Origin: Planctomycetota bacterium
GTDB taxonomy: Bacteria > Planctomycetota > B15-G4
Length of the DNA: 64,000 nucleotides
Direction: 5' to 3'
Assembly (NCBI GenBank): GCA_038212275.1
Contig: JBBQUR010000006.1
Coordinates: 64,001 to 128,000 of the forward strand
Shown piece after piece: positions 36,955-47,359 of this stretch. Positions within the stretch are counted from its first letter, which is position 1, and each line of letters begins with the position of its first letter. The position numbers were made by a program, and so were the translations under genes. Under the pieces are notes generated by a model. That model had not been told where the DNA came from. It did not search any database and saw only the letters and a list, made by a program, of their open reading frames with translations.

Positions 36955-39411
36955 ATGAGCCGTGAGCCCCCGGGCCTTGCCAGCAGGGAGAGCTTGTGCG
37001 CCGCCTTGTCCTGCGCGGTGCTCGTCGCGCTGCTGCTCGCGCCCGTCCTGTTCGGCGGAAAGAGCGCGCTGTCCTTCGAGTCGAGTGACCCGCGCATCGA
37101 CGTGCGGCCCTGGGCACAGGCCGCGGCGCCCGGCACGCCGCTGCCGGCGATCAATCCGATCACGTCGGACGTGAACTTCTACGTGCTGCCCGGACTCATC
37201 CGGCAGCGCCAGAGCGAGGCGTCGGGAGATCCCGGGCTGTGGGAAGACCGGCAGCTCCTCGGCTGCCCGCTGCGCGGCAACGTTCCCTTCCCGGACTTTT
37301 CGCCCGCGGCGTGGCTGCTCACGACGCTTGACCCTGTCTCCACGCTGGATTGGATGTTGTGGCTGCACCTGAGCGTGGCCGCATGGCTCGCGTACCGGGC
37401 GATGCGCCTGCTCGGCGCTGGCCCGCCCGCCGCCGCGTGCGCCGCCGCCGGATTCGCCTTGTCGGGCTGGATGTCGACGCGCTGGCACCTGCCGCACATC
37501 GTGTACACGACGGCCTGGTGGCCGGGCCTGATCGCTTCGCTCGGCTGGTGGAAGCGCGGCGCACTCTGGAGAGGCACCGCCGAGGGCGCGTTCTTCCTCG
37601 GCGTCATGCTGCGTTCCGGACATCCGCAGGTGGGACTCACACTGCTCCTGGCATGGATGGCTCTGGTCGTCGCGATGCGGCCCTTGCCGCTGCGGCGCCT
37701 GGTCATGCCGACGGCGCTGTTGAGTGTGCTGGGGGTGATGCTCGCCCTGCCTCCGCTGCTGGTGCTCGGCGAGACGTACGGGGAGTCGCTGCGCGCCACG
37801 CCGGAGACACGGGACATCACTGCCACGCAGGGCATGGCGCCGGGAGCGCTGTGCGCGTTGCTGTTGCCCGAGTTCTTCGGGCGCCCGTCCGACTTCGCCG
37901 GTGAGGATCCGCCGGCTGCCTCGATGAAGGAGTGGTTGCCGCAACGCCTGCTGCTCTCGGACGCGGCCTCGGACAACGTCGTCGAGAATGCGCTGTATCC
38001 GGGCGCGGTGCTGCTGCTGCTGCTGCCGCTCCTGCTGTGGCGCGGTGTCTCGCGCGAGGGTCGCTGGCTGGGTGCGCTGGCTTTCGTTGCCCTGCTGACC
38101 TGCCTCGCATGGCCATGGTTGCAGCGCGCCGTACCTTCCCTTGCCCTCGTCGCTGCCGGAAGCAGCCGACGCCTGCTCGTCGTGTGGTCGGCGGCCGCGC
38201 CGCTTGCAGGCGGCTTCGCCCTGCAGGCCCTCGTCGAGCGTCGCGTGCGCGTGACGACCTGCTGGATCGCCGCGACGCTGTGCGCGCTGGTCGTGCTGGC
38301 GGCTCCGATGCTGGCGGCCCGGCTGCAGGACCCGGCCGCGGACGACTTCGCGCTGCTTCTGGCGATCCAGGCGCGTCGGCAGGTCGCGCTGCTGGTCGCC
38401 GCCACCGTCGGTCTCTGGCTGGCCACGCGCGGCTCGCGCGTGCTGGCCTTCGTCCCGGCGCTGCTGCTGGCACTCGACCTCGCGGCGCTGGCCCTGGTGT
38501 TCAATCCTTTCCAGGAGCAGCGCGACCCCTTCCCGTCCACGCCGTCACTGGTGGCGCTGGCCGGCCGCGACGGGCGCGTGGCGGTGCTGGGGGACTCCCA
38601 TCTGCTGCCGCCCACGGCGGCTGCCACCGCGGGCATCGAGAGCGTCCACGGCGTGGCGGGCCTGCTGGGTCGGCGCACGGCCGAGCTGCTCGCCTGCATC
38701 GAGGGGCCGCTGTACGACCCGACCGACCCGCGTGTGCTGCGGCCCTTCCATGAGGCTGCGAGCCTCAGCCACCCGTTGCTCGACCTCCTCGCGGTGAGCA
38801 CCGTCGTGCATGCCGACCCCGGCCTTGCGGCGGCGAGCGGCTGGACCGTGCTCTTCGAGAATCCCGCGGAAGGCCTCGGCGCGGTGGCCCGGCCGACACC
38901 GGGGCCGCGCGCCTTCGTCTGCGGAGGCGCGGAGCTCGTGACCGACGACCACGAACGCCTGCAGCGCCTCGCCTCGCGGGACTTTCCAGTGCACGGCACG
39001 GTACTGCTGGAACGTGACACCGGGCTCTCCTTGCCTTCGCAGGGACCGATGCTCCCCGCGCGCCTCCTCGCCGCCGCCGACGCTTCGCCCGGGCAACCCG
39101 GCACGGTGAGACTGCAGACGGCCGCGCCGTTCGACGGAGTGCTGGTGCTTGCCAACTCGTGGGACCCGGGCTGGCGTGTGAGCGTGGACGGAGTGGACGG
39201 TCGCGTGCTCATCGCGGACCACGCCTTGCTGGGAGTGGCCTTGCCCGCGGGGGAGCATCTCGTGAGCTTCTCCTACGATCCGCACGGTCAGGGGCGCGCA
39301 CAGCTGGCCGCACTCGCGGCACTCGCCGGACTGATGGCCGTCGCCTGGGCGGCCTTCCGCGAGCGCCGCGCCTCGCAGTCGATGGACTCGCAAGCCTCCC
39401 GGCTGGCCTGA
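36955..39411 (+). CDS. YfhO-family polytopic membrane protein (GT-C glycosyltransferase-like)
   Basis: LWEDRQLLGCP, SGHPQ, C-terminal LVLANSWDPGWRVSVDG...GVALPAGEHLVSFSY plus terminal TM. Confidence 0.85.
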   Translation: MSREPPGLASRESLCAALSCAVLVALLLAPVLFGGKSALSFESSDPRIDVRPWAQAAAPGTPLPAINPITSDVNFYVLPGLIRQRQSEASGDPGLWEDRQLLGCPLRGNVPFPDFSPAAWLLTTLDPVSTLDWMLWLHLSVAAWLAYRAMRLLGAGPPAAACAAAGFALSGWMSTRWHLPHIVYTTAWWPGLIASLGWWKRGALWRGTAEGAFFLGVMLRSGHPQVGLTLLLAWMALVVAMRPLPLRRLVMPTALLSVLGVMLALPPLLVLGETYGESLRATPETRDITATQGMAPGALCALLLPEFFGRPSDFAGEDPPAASMKEWLPQRLLLSDAASDNVVENALYPGAVLLLLLPLLLWRGVSREGRWLGALAFVALLTCLAWPWLQRAVPSLALVAAGSSRRLLVVWSAAAPLAGGFALQALVERRVRVTTCWIAATLCALVVLAAPMLAARLQDPAADDFALLLAIQARRQVALLVAATVGLWLATRGSRVLAFVPALLLALDLAALALVFNPFQEQRDPFPSTPSLVALAGRDGRVAVLGDSHLLPPTAAATAGIESVHGVAGLLGRRTAELLACIEGPLYDPTDPRVLRPFHEAASLSHPLLDLLAVSTVVHADPGLAAASGWTVLFENPAEGLGAVARPTPGPRAFVCGGAELVTDDHERLQRLASRDFPVHGTVLLERDTGLSLPSQGPMLPARLLAAADASPGQPGTVRLQTAAPFDGVLVLANSWDPGWRVSVDGVDGRVLIADHALLGVALPAGEHLVSFSYDPHGQGRAQLAALAALAGLMAVAWAAFRERRASQSMDSQASRLA

Positions 39412-39458
39412 GCGCTTCGAGCAGGTCGCTCGAGGCGACCGGCCGCTCCACCGGCCCG

Positions 39459-39566
39459 TGACCGGTGCGATGACCGGTGCGATGACCGGTGCGATGACCG
39501 GTGCGATGACCGGTGCGGTGAGCGGTGCGATAGCCGGTGCGTTGATGGCTGCGATGACTGCTGCGG
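39459..39566. repeat. 12-bp tandem repeat TGACCGGTGCGA (4 perfect, 1 near-perfect, about 4 degenerate copies)
   Basis: read directly; lies between convergent yfhO-like and comM genes. Confidence 0.95.
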
Positions 39567-39627
39567 CGATCCGGCCAGTGTCTCGGCCGAGGCGTTGTCG
39601 AAGCACTGTCGTGCGCTTCAACGGGCT

Positions 39628-41205
39628 TCATGCGGTCCCCGAGAAATCGAGCAGCGGGAGCCGCAGGGCGAGCGCTTCGTCGATGTCGTGGCATCCGGCT
39701 TCGCCTCGACCATCGAGAGCTGCGATCGTGCGGGCAACCTCGATGAGGCGACGGACCGAACGCCCGGACAGCGCGAAGCTGCCGATGACGCGCTCGAGTC
39801 GTGCGTGCACAGCGCGATCGCGCGGCAACTCGTCGGTGGAGCGGGGCAGGTTGCGCGCGGCAGCCACACGCAGGGCGACGGCGGCGCTGCCCTCCGCACG
39901 GGCGCCGCCCAGCAGGTCGCGCGCCGGCGGCACCGGCACCTCGATGCACAGATCGAGCCGGTCGAGCAGCGGCCCGGAGATGCGCTGGCGGTAGCTCTGC
40001 AGTTGAAGCGGCGTGCACACGCAGCCGCGTCGTGGGTGGCCCAGGTATCCGCACGGGCATGGGTTCATCGCGCCCACCAGCCTGAAGTCTGCGGGGAAGG
40101 TGACCGTGGTGGCCGCGCGTGCCAGCCGCACGGCGCGATCCTCGAGGGGCTGGCGCAGCGCCTCGAGCAGCGAGCGGGGGAACTCGGGCAATTCGTCGAG
40201 GAAGAGCACGCCCGCGTGCGCGAGACTGACCTCGCCGGGCACGAGCGGACTGCCGCCGCCGATGAGTCCCGCACGCGAGATCGTGTGGTGAGGAGCACGA
40301 AACGGGGGCGTGCTGAGGATGCCGGACGGCACGGCCGTGAGTCCGTGCAGCGCCGTGACTTCGAGCGCGGTGGCCTGATCGAGCGGCGGTAGAATGCCCG
40401 GCAGGCGCTGCGCCAGCATCGTCTTGCCGGTGCCTGGCGGGCCCGTGAGCAGCAGGTTGTGACGCCCGGCTGCGGCGATCTCGAGCGTGCGCCGCGCGGC
40501 ACCCTGGCCTCGCACGTCCACGAGATCGAGCTGCGGCGCCGACACGTACCGGAGCGGCGGCGCCTCCGGTGCGGGCAGCCCGGCCAGCACCCCCAGCGCC
40601 TCGGGCAGGTTGCTCACGGCCTCCACAGTGAGTCCGCCGACGAGGCGCGCCTCGCCGCCGTTCTCCGCTGGCAGCAGCAGCCGCGCCATGCCGAGACGGC
40701 GCGCTTCCAGGGCGGAGAGCAGGGCACCACGCACGGGTCGCAGCCGCCCGTCGAGCGCGACCTCCCCGAGGATCGCACGGCCCACGAGGGCCTCCGCTGG
40801 CACGAGGCCAGCCAGCGCCAGGATGCCCACAGCCAGCGGCAGGTCGAAGCCATTGCCCTCCTTGTGCAGGTCGGCAGGGGCGAAGTTGGCGAGCACGGAT
40901 CGCCGCGGCACGGGCAGCCCGCAGCGCTCGAGGCAGCCGCGGATGCGATCGCGCGACTCGCGCAGCGCGTGGCCCGGCAGTCCCGTCATCACGATGCGCT
41001 GCATGAGCCCACCCGTGTACTGCAGCTCGATTTCCACCGGCACCGCACGCGCGCCGTGCAGGCACAGGGTCATGACGCGGCACGAGCGCACGACGGGAAT
41101 GACCGGTGGCTGCACCTCACTGGCCGCGTCGGACGGCGCATCGGACGCCGCCTCGAACGGCGCCTCGAACGGCGGGCCGGGGCGGTCGGTCGGCGGCGCC
41201 GTCAT
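39628..41205 (-). CDS. comM: YifB/ComM Mg-chelatase-like AAA+ ATPase
   Basis: RESRDRI, NFAPADLHKEG..FDLP, GPPGTGKT, PFRAPHH, LAHAGVLFLDELPEF, AMNPCPCG, ISGPLLDRLD. Confidence 0.95.
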   Translation of the reverse strand: MTAPPTDRPGPPFEAPFEAASDAPSDAASEVQPPVIPVVRSCRVMTLCLHGARAVPVEIELQYTGGLMQRIVMTGLPGHALRESRDRIRGCLERCGLPVPRRSVLANFAPADLHKEGNGFDLPLAVGILALAGLVPAEALVGRAILGEVALDGRLRPVRGALLSALEARRLGMARLLLPAENGGEARLVGGLTVEAVSNLPEALGVLAGLPAPEAPPLRYVSAPQLDLVDVRGQGAARRTLEIAAAGRHNLLLTGPPGTGKTMLAQRLPGILPPLDQATALEVTALHGLTAVPSGILSTPPFRAPHHTISRAGLIGGGSPLVPGEVSLAHAGVLFLDELPEFPRSLLEALRQPLEDRAVRLARAATTVTFPADFRLVGAMNPCPCGYLGHPRRGCVCTPLQLQSYRQRISGPLLDRLDLCIEVPVPPARDLLGGARAEGSAAVALRVAAARNLPRSTDELPRDRAVHARLERVIGSFALSGRSVRRLIEVARTIAALDGRGEAGCHDIDEALALRLPLLDFSGTA

Positions 41206-42485
41206 GGCACGAGATCCGCGAGGCGCTGCGACGTCCGCCGCACATGCGTCAGCGCCACGAGCGCCGCCACGACGGCGAGTCCGACGAGCGCACCGGGGAG
41301 GTCCGTCGGTGGCGGTCGCAGGGGCGCCGGCGCGACGCGCGCGAGCCAGGCCGACACGGTCAGCAGCGCGTGGGCCGTCGTGTCGAGAATCGGCCCGGTG
41401 ATCGGATCGAGCGCCGCAAAGAGTGCGCCGGGAAGAATGGCGACGAGGCCGACCGCGAGGATGACGGTGACGAACGGCACGAGCACCGGCGTCGCCAGCA
41501 GTCCGAAGGGCGCCACGCGCCCGAAGGTCTCGGCGCAGAGCGGGGCGGTGGCAAGGAAGGCGCCGCACGGCGCCAGTGCGAGGCCCAGAGGCGGCCGCAG
41601 CACGCCGGCCGCGGCGATGAGGCCGGCCACGGCGAGAAAGGACAGCTGCGCCGAGAGTTGATGGTGCAGCCCGGGCTCCCACGCCTCCATGACCAATGCG
41701 ACGACCGCAAGGCGTCGCAATCCCGGGGATCGACGCGCCGTGCGCAGGCCGATGGCCATGGCGCCGAAGCCGAGTGCGGATCGCACCAGCGGTGCACCGG
41801 CACCAGCCACCAGCACGAAGCTCCACACCAGCAGCGCCGTGCCGAACGCGATGCGCCCGAGCCCCGAGCGCTGCCAGCACGCGACAACGAGCGTCACGTT
41901 CTGTCCGGAGAGCGCCAGCAGGTGCGAGACCCCCAGCCGTGCCCAGTCGGCGGTCACGGGAAAGGGCACGTCCTGCCGTTGGCCGAGCAGCAACGCGGCC
42001 ACGATGCCCTGGCGATCGCGCGCGACGAGCTGCTTCGAGCGCTCCGCCGTGGCGGCGGCCCAGCGGTCGAGCCACGCGCCGCGTGGCGTGCCGTTGCCCA
42101 CGAGCGACACCGCCAGCACGTCGCCGTCGCTGCCGACGCGGGCTCGGACGGCAAGCTCCGTTCCGGCCGGCGGAGGCGAGAGCCCTTCGACGAAGCCCAG
42201 CGCGATGTCACCGCGCGCCGTCTGCAGGAACGGCCGCGCGCCAGGGGGCTCACGCCAGCGTCCGTGCAAGGCGATGGCGCCGGTTGCAGCCGTGTCCGCC
42301 GCCTGGTGCTTCGTCGCGACGTGCGGCGGCGGGATCTGCAGCGGCACCAGCGCGCAGCACAGCAGCGCCAGCACGACCAGGGGGCTTCCGCGCAGCGCCA
42401 CGCCGAGCAGCGGGACCAGCAGCCCCATGCCGGGTGGCGCCAGCAGCGCCGCCAGCGCCAGACCGACTTGCCATGTCTCATGCAC
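41202..42485 (-). CDS. comEC: ComEC/Rec2 competence membrane protein (no beta-lactamase domain)
   Basis: ALLLG, GVSHLLALSGQNV, PLVRS, SAQLSFLAV motifs. Confidence 0.85.
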   Translation of the reverse strand: MHETWQVGLALAALLAPPGMGLLVPLLGVALRGSPLVVLALLCCALVPLQIPPPHVATKHQAADTAATGAIALHGRWREPPGARPFLQTARGDIALGFVEGLSPPPAGTELAVRARVGSDGDVLAVSLVGNGTPRGAWLDRWAAATAERSKQLVARDRQGIVAALLLGQRQDVPFPVTADWARLGVSHLLALSGQNVTLVVACWQRSGLGRIAFGTALLVWSFVLVAGAGAPLVRSALGFGAMAIGLRTARRSPGLRRLAVVALVMEAWEPGLHHQLSAQLSFLAVAGLIAAAGVLRPPLGLALAPCGAFLATAPLCAETFGRVAPFGLLATPVLVPFVTVILAVGLVAILPGALFAALDPITGPILDTTAHALLTVSAWLARVAPAPLRPPPTDLPGALVGLAVVAALVALTHVRRTSQRLADLVP

Positions 42486-42636
42486 GCCGTGAACGACGGC
42501 GCGCTGGCCTCTGCGTTACAGGGCCCCGTGCGCGAGCCCCTCCGGCGCGGCCGCGCCACGCGATCACCGGAGCAGCGGCAGCGAGCCGGGTGCCGGTTGC
42601 TAAGCTGGCCGGCCGCATGCCCGGACGACTCACGAC

Positions 42637-43478
<842 letters not shown>

Positions 43479-43482
<4 letters not shown>

Positions 43483-44012
43483 CACGCGCGGGCTTCTTCG
43501 CCGGCTCGTTCGACCCGCCGACGCTCGGGCACGTGGACCTCGTGGCGCGCGCGCGCGGCGTCGTGGACGAGGTCATCGTCGGCGTGGGACACAATGCGGA
43601 CAAGACGCCGTGGCTGCCGTTGTCCGAGCGGCTGGCGCTGCTCGCCGAGGTGCTGGGCAGCCGCGTGCGCGTCGTGTCGTACGCCGGGCTTTCGGTGGAT
43701 GCGGCGCGTGCGGCCGGCGCGTGCGTCCTGCTGCGTGGCGTGCGCAGCGAGACCGACATGGCCCTCGAACTGCAGATGGCACTGGCCAATCGCCGGCTGG
43801 CGCCCGAACTCGAGACAATCGTGCTCATCGGTTCGCCGGAGCTGTCGCACGTCAGTTCGCGTCTCGTGCGCGAGGTCCATCGCTCCGGCGGTGACGTGAG
43901 CCTCTTCGTTCCTCCGGCCGTCGTGGCCTGCCTGGCCCGTCGGCCCGGCGCCACGGCCAGCACCGCACCCGTTTCCAGCCCAGCGATCCAGCATCCCGAA
44001 AGGAAAGCATGA
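43479..44012 (+). CDS. coaD: pantetheine-phosphate adenylyltransferase
   Basis: GSFDPPTLGH, LRGVR, ELETI, VSSRLVREV. Confidence 0.96.
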
Positions 44013-44401
44013 ATTCCCGAGTTGCCGTGCAGACCACCGACGCCCCGGCCGCCATCGGCCCGTACAGCCAGGCCATCGTGTGCGGGGACTTCGTCTTCAC
44101 CTCCGGGCAGGTCGCGCTCGACCCGGCGACCGCGCAACTGGTCGGCGCCGACGTGTCCGTGCAGACGGTGCGCGTGCTGGCCAACCTCGCGGCCGTGCTC
44201 GAGAAGGCGGGGAGCAGCATGGCGGACATCGTGCGCACCACGGTCTACCTGCGCGACATGGCCGACTTCGCCGCAATGAACGCCGTCTATGCCGGCAGTT
44301 TCCATGGTGCGCCGCCCGCGCGGTCGACCGTGGCCGTCGCGGGACTGCCCAAGGATGCGCGCGTCGAGATCGACGCCATCGCGCGCGTGCGACGAGCCTG
44401 A
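44009..44401 (+). CDS. ridA: RidA/YjgF reactive intermediate deaminase
   Basis: APAAIGPYSQA, SGQV, DFAAMNAVY, PARSTV..LPK..VEID. Confidence 0.95.
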   Translation: MNSRVAVQTTDAPAAIGPYSQAIVCGDFVFTSGQVALDPATAQLVGADVSVQTVRVLANLAAVLEKAGSSMADIVRTTVYLRDMADFAAMNAVYAGSFHGAPPARSTVAVAGLPKDARVEIDAIARVRRA

Positions 44402-44402
44402 A

Positions 44403-44975
44403 GTGACACTGGACCTCGCGCTGGGTACGGGCCTCGTGGACCGCGGGCTGGCCGTGCTGGCCATGCTCGCGTCCATCCGCCCGTTGCTGGCGGGCAGCCT
44501 CGGAAGCCGCAGCCACCTCTCGTGGAAGCGCAGCATCGTGCTGCTCTGCGGCGGGGCCAGCGCACTGGTCGGTGCGGTGGGGCTGCTCGCACTGCGCCAC
44601 GTGCTCTTCGCCGAGGACTTCTACCTGCCGTCGCTGCTCGGCGGGACGCTCGCGTTCTTCGGCGGCATGCTCGGCGTGTCCACGCTCATCGCGGGACGCG
44701 GCCCGAGCGGCCTGTCGGAGGACAGCGCCCTGCGGTCGGCGACGCAGGCCGTCGCCATGGTGCTTTACGTCGCGGCGCCGCGTCCGGCGCTGGCGCTGCT
44801 GGGGGCCACGCGGCTGCTGCGCAGCGCGCTTCCCTGGACGACGTCCGAGCGTCGCGGGTGGCGCATCGTCGAAGGGCTCGCGCTCATCGCCTTGTGTTTC
44901 GTGCCGCGGGACGCGTCGCTGGGCGGACTGCGCATCCTGGCGCCGGACCTGCTGGCCGTCATCCGCCAGGGCTAG
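44403..44975 (+). CDS. hypothetical membrane protein
   Basis: hydrophobic multi-TM ORF starting right after the ridA stop. Confidence 0.55.
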   Translation: MTLDLALGTGLVDRGLAVLAMLASIRPLLAGSLGSRSHLSWKRSIVLLCGGASALVGAVGLLALRHVLFAEDFYLPSLLGGTLAFFGGMLGVSTLIAGRGPSGLSEDSALRSATQAVAMVLYVAAPRPALALLGATRLLRSALPWTTSERRGWRIVEGLALIALCFVPRDASLGGLRILAPDLLAVIRQG

Positions 44976-45119
44976 GCGCTCACGTCCTGAAGCCACGACG
45001 GAACTGCGACGAAACAGCAGCGAGTCGCGCGTGGCATGAGCTGCGCCGCAGCCCGTGTGGCCGACCTTCAACACCGGACGCAAGTCCCGCATTTCCAGAT
45101 GCTTGCACAAGCGCTGCGA

Positions 45120-45148
45120 TTGACACACCACGCGCACCTGCTTACGGT
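45120..45148 (+). promoter_or_regulatory. sigma-70 promoter for peptide ABC operon 1
   Basis: TTGACA-N17-TACGGT; inverted repeat GCTTG-CA-CAAGC at 45101-45112 just upstream. Confidence 0.55.
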
Positions 45149-45252
45149 GCGCGCCGCCGATCGCCGCCGATCGCCGGCGCCGCCCAGGCATCGGATCGCA
45201 CCCGAAAGCCCGGGACCCTGGCGGCGTCCCGAAGCACACCCGGAGACCTGCC

Positions 45253-47340
45253 ATGAAGCGCACGCCCGTGATGTTCGCCGGCCTCGTGGTCGCAGCCGCT
45301 GTCGGCATGGCAGGGGTCGGGTGCGGGCAGGACGCGGGCTCGCCGGCGGTGCGCGGCGCCGATGCGAAGAGCGCCCTGCCATCGGCCGCTGCCGCGGACG
45401 ACCCGGGTGCGTCGTCGGCGGCGATGCAGGCGTCCCTCGAGACACTGGCCGAGCAGTTCGGCGGCGGCGTGCGGCCCGAGGACGTCGGAGGCCCGCACGT
45501 TCCGCCGATCGACCTCTTCAACCCGGACAAGCGCGAGGCCAGGCCGGCGCTCGGCGGACGCGTCATCGCGCACATGCCCACCGAGCCGGCCAACATCAAC
45601 TACATGCTCGACAACCAGGGCACGACGACGACGATCCTCAAGTCGTGTCACTCCGCGCTGCTGCTCTTCAACTGGGAGACCTGGAAGCAGGAGCTGGCGC
45701 TGGCCGAGCGCATGGACATCGAGGACACGCTCATCCTCAAGGGCGGCCGCGGAGCGGACAACGGCAACATCGTCTTCGGCAAGGTCGTCGAGGACGGCGA
45801 CGACTACGTCGTGACCTCCGGCAGCCCGGCGCACGCGATGGAGGAACGGCGCGTGCCGAAGGCCGACGTCGAGTCGCTCGAGCGGGGCACCGTCTTCACC
45901 TTCAAGCTGCGCCCCGACGTGCTCTGGCAGGACGGGCATCCCTTCGACGCACAGGACGTGCTGTTCACGTGGCAGGCCTACCTCAACCCCACGGTGAAGT
46001 GCGAGCAGTCGCGCTTCCGCTTCCAGGAAATCGTCGCGGGCGAGCTGCTCGACAAGCTCGCGGTGCGCTTCTTCTACCGGCAGCAGTACTACTCCGCGGT
46101 CGAGACCTTCAACGACTCGATGTGCATCCTGCCGCGGCACCTCTACGACCTGCACGACCCGGACAACAAGGACTTCGACGCGAAGGCGACGGCCGAGCAG
46201 TGCGGCACGTACATCAACGACAACCCGCACAACATCGAATGGGTGGGGCTGGGGCCGTACCGCGTGACGAAGTGGGAGCGCAACCAGTACATCGAGGCCG
46301 AGCGCTTCCCCGGCTACTTCGAGAAGGATCCCGCCAGGGCCGGCTACCTCGACACGCTGCGCTGGCGCTTCATCAAGGATGACGACGCAGCCTTCAACGC
46401 GCTGCTCAACGGCGACATCGACATCTTCTGGCGCGTGAAAACCGAGGACTACATGGGCGACAACACGGCCCAGAAGGCCTTCGTCGACCGCTACTACAAG
46501 GCCTACACCTATGCCGGCCAGTACAACTACACCGCGTGGAACATGTCCCGCAGCAAGCTGAGCGACGTGCGCGTGCGCACCGCGCTGGCCCTGGCCTTCG
46601 ACGTGCGCGGCTGGATCAAGTCCAAGTACTCGGGGCTCGCCGTGGCTGTCACCGGGCCGGCCTTCTTCCTCTCGCCGGCCTACAACCGCGAGGTCCTGCC
46701 GCTGCCGTACGATCCGGACAAGGCCGAGGAACTGCTCACCGAGGCCGGGTGGTATGACCGCAACGGCGACGGCACCGTGGACAAGGACGGCGAGGAACTG
46801 GTCATCGGCTTCCTCTACCCGGCGGGCAACAAGGCCAGCGAGTCCCTGGCCACGAAGATGCAGGAGAGCTACGCGAAGATCGGCGTGAAGCTCGCCATGG
46901 AGCCCATGGAATTCGCCTCGATGCAGGAGCGGATGAAGGACCGCAAGTTCGATTCGGCCAGCCAGTCGTGGACCATTCCCGAACTGGAGAGCGATCCATA
47001 CCAGATCTGGGACAGCGCGCAGGCGGCCGTCGGACTGCGCAGCTCGAACTATTCGGCCTACGCGGACCCGCTCACGGACGAACTCATCGACAAGGGCCGC
47101 CGCGAGCTGGACTTCGCCACGCGCCAGGATGACTGGCGTGCGATGCACAAGCGCATCTACGAGCTTCAGCCCTACATGTTCGGGCAGACGCCGCCGATCA
47201 AGATCGCCTTCAACAAGGCGCTGCGCGGCGTCAAGCTCTTCAACTTCACGCCCGGCTTCCGGCTGCGCGACCTTTACTACCCGGAAGGCACGCCCGGCAC
47301 GCGCCCCATGGACGGTGTCGGCGGCGGCAGCGGCCGCTAG
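45253..47340 (+). CDS. peptide/nickel ABC transporter substrate-binding lipoprotein (family 5)
   Basis: lipobox GVGC, FTFKLRPDVLWQDGHPFDAQDVLFT, GLGPYRV, YDPDKAEELLTEAGW. Confidence 0.93.
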   Translation: MKRTPVMFAGLVVAAAVGMAGVGCGQDAGSPAVRGADAKSALPSAAAADDPGASSAAMQASLETLAEQFGGGVRPEDVGGPHVPPIDLFNPDKREARPALGGRVIAHMPTEPANINYMLDNQGTTTTILKSCHSALLLFNWETWKQELALAERMDIEDTLILKGGRGADNGNIVFGKVVEDGDDYVVTSGSPAHAMEERRVPKADVESLERGTVFTFKLRPDVLWQDGHPFDAQDVLFTWQAYLNPTVKCEQSRFRFQEIVAGELLDKLAVRFFYRQQYYSAVETFNDSMCILPRHLYDLHDPDNKDFDAKATAEQCGTYINDNPHNIEWVGLGPYRVTKWERNQYIEAERFPGYFEKDPARAGYLDTLRWRFIKDDDAAFNALLNGDIDIFWRVKTEDYMGDNTAQKAFVDRYYKAYTYAGQYNYTAWNMSRSKLSDVRVRTALALAFDVRGWIKSKYSGLAVAVTGPAFFLSPAYNREVLPLPYDPDKAEELLTEAGWYDRNGDGTVDKDGEELVIGFLYPAGNKASESLATKMQESYAKIGVKLAMEPMEFASMQERMKDRKFDSASQSWTIPELESDPYQIWDSAQAAVGLRSSNYSAYADPLTDELIDKGRRELDFATRQDDWRAMHKRIYELQPYMFGQTPPIKIAFNKALRGVKLFNFTPGFRLRDLYYPEGTPGTRPMDGVGGGSGR

Positions 47341-47359
47341 GTCCGGGCGCGGAGCGGTC

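Noticed and set aside
39459..39566. Repeat array as a possible CRISPR
   Set aside because: 12-bp head-to-tail units without spacers and no cas genes
45032..45047. GG-N10-GC sigma-54-like site upstream of oppA
   Set aside because: The -12 element is GCGC rather than TTGC, and a better sigma-70 promoter lies downstream
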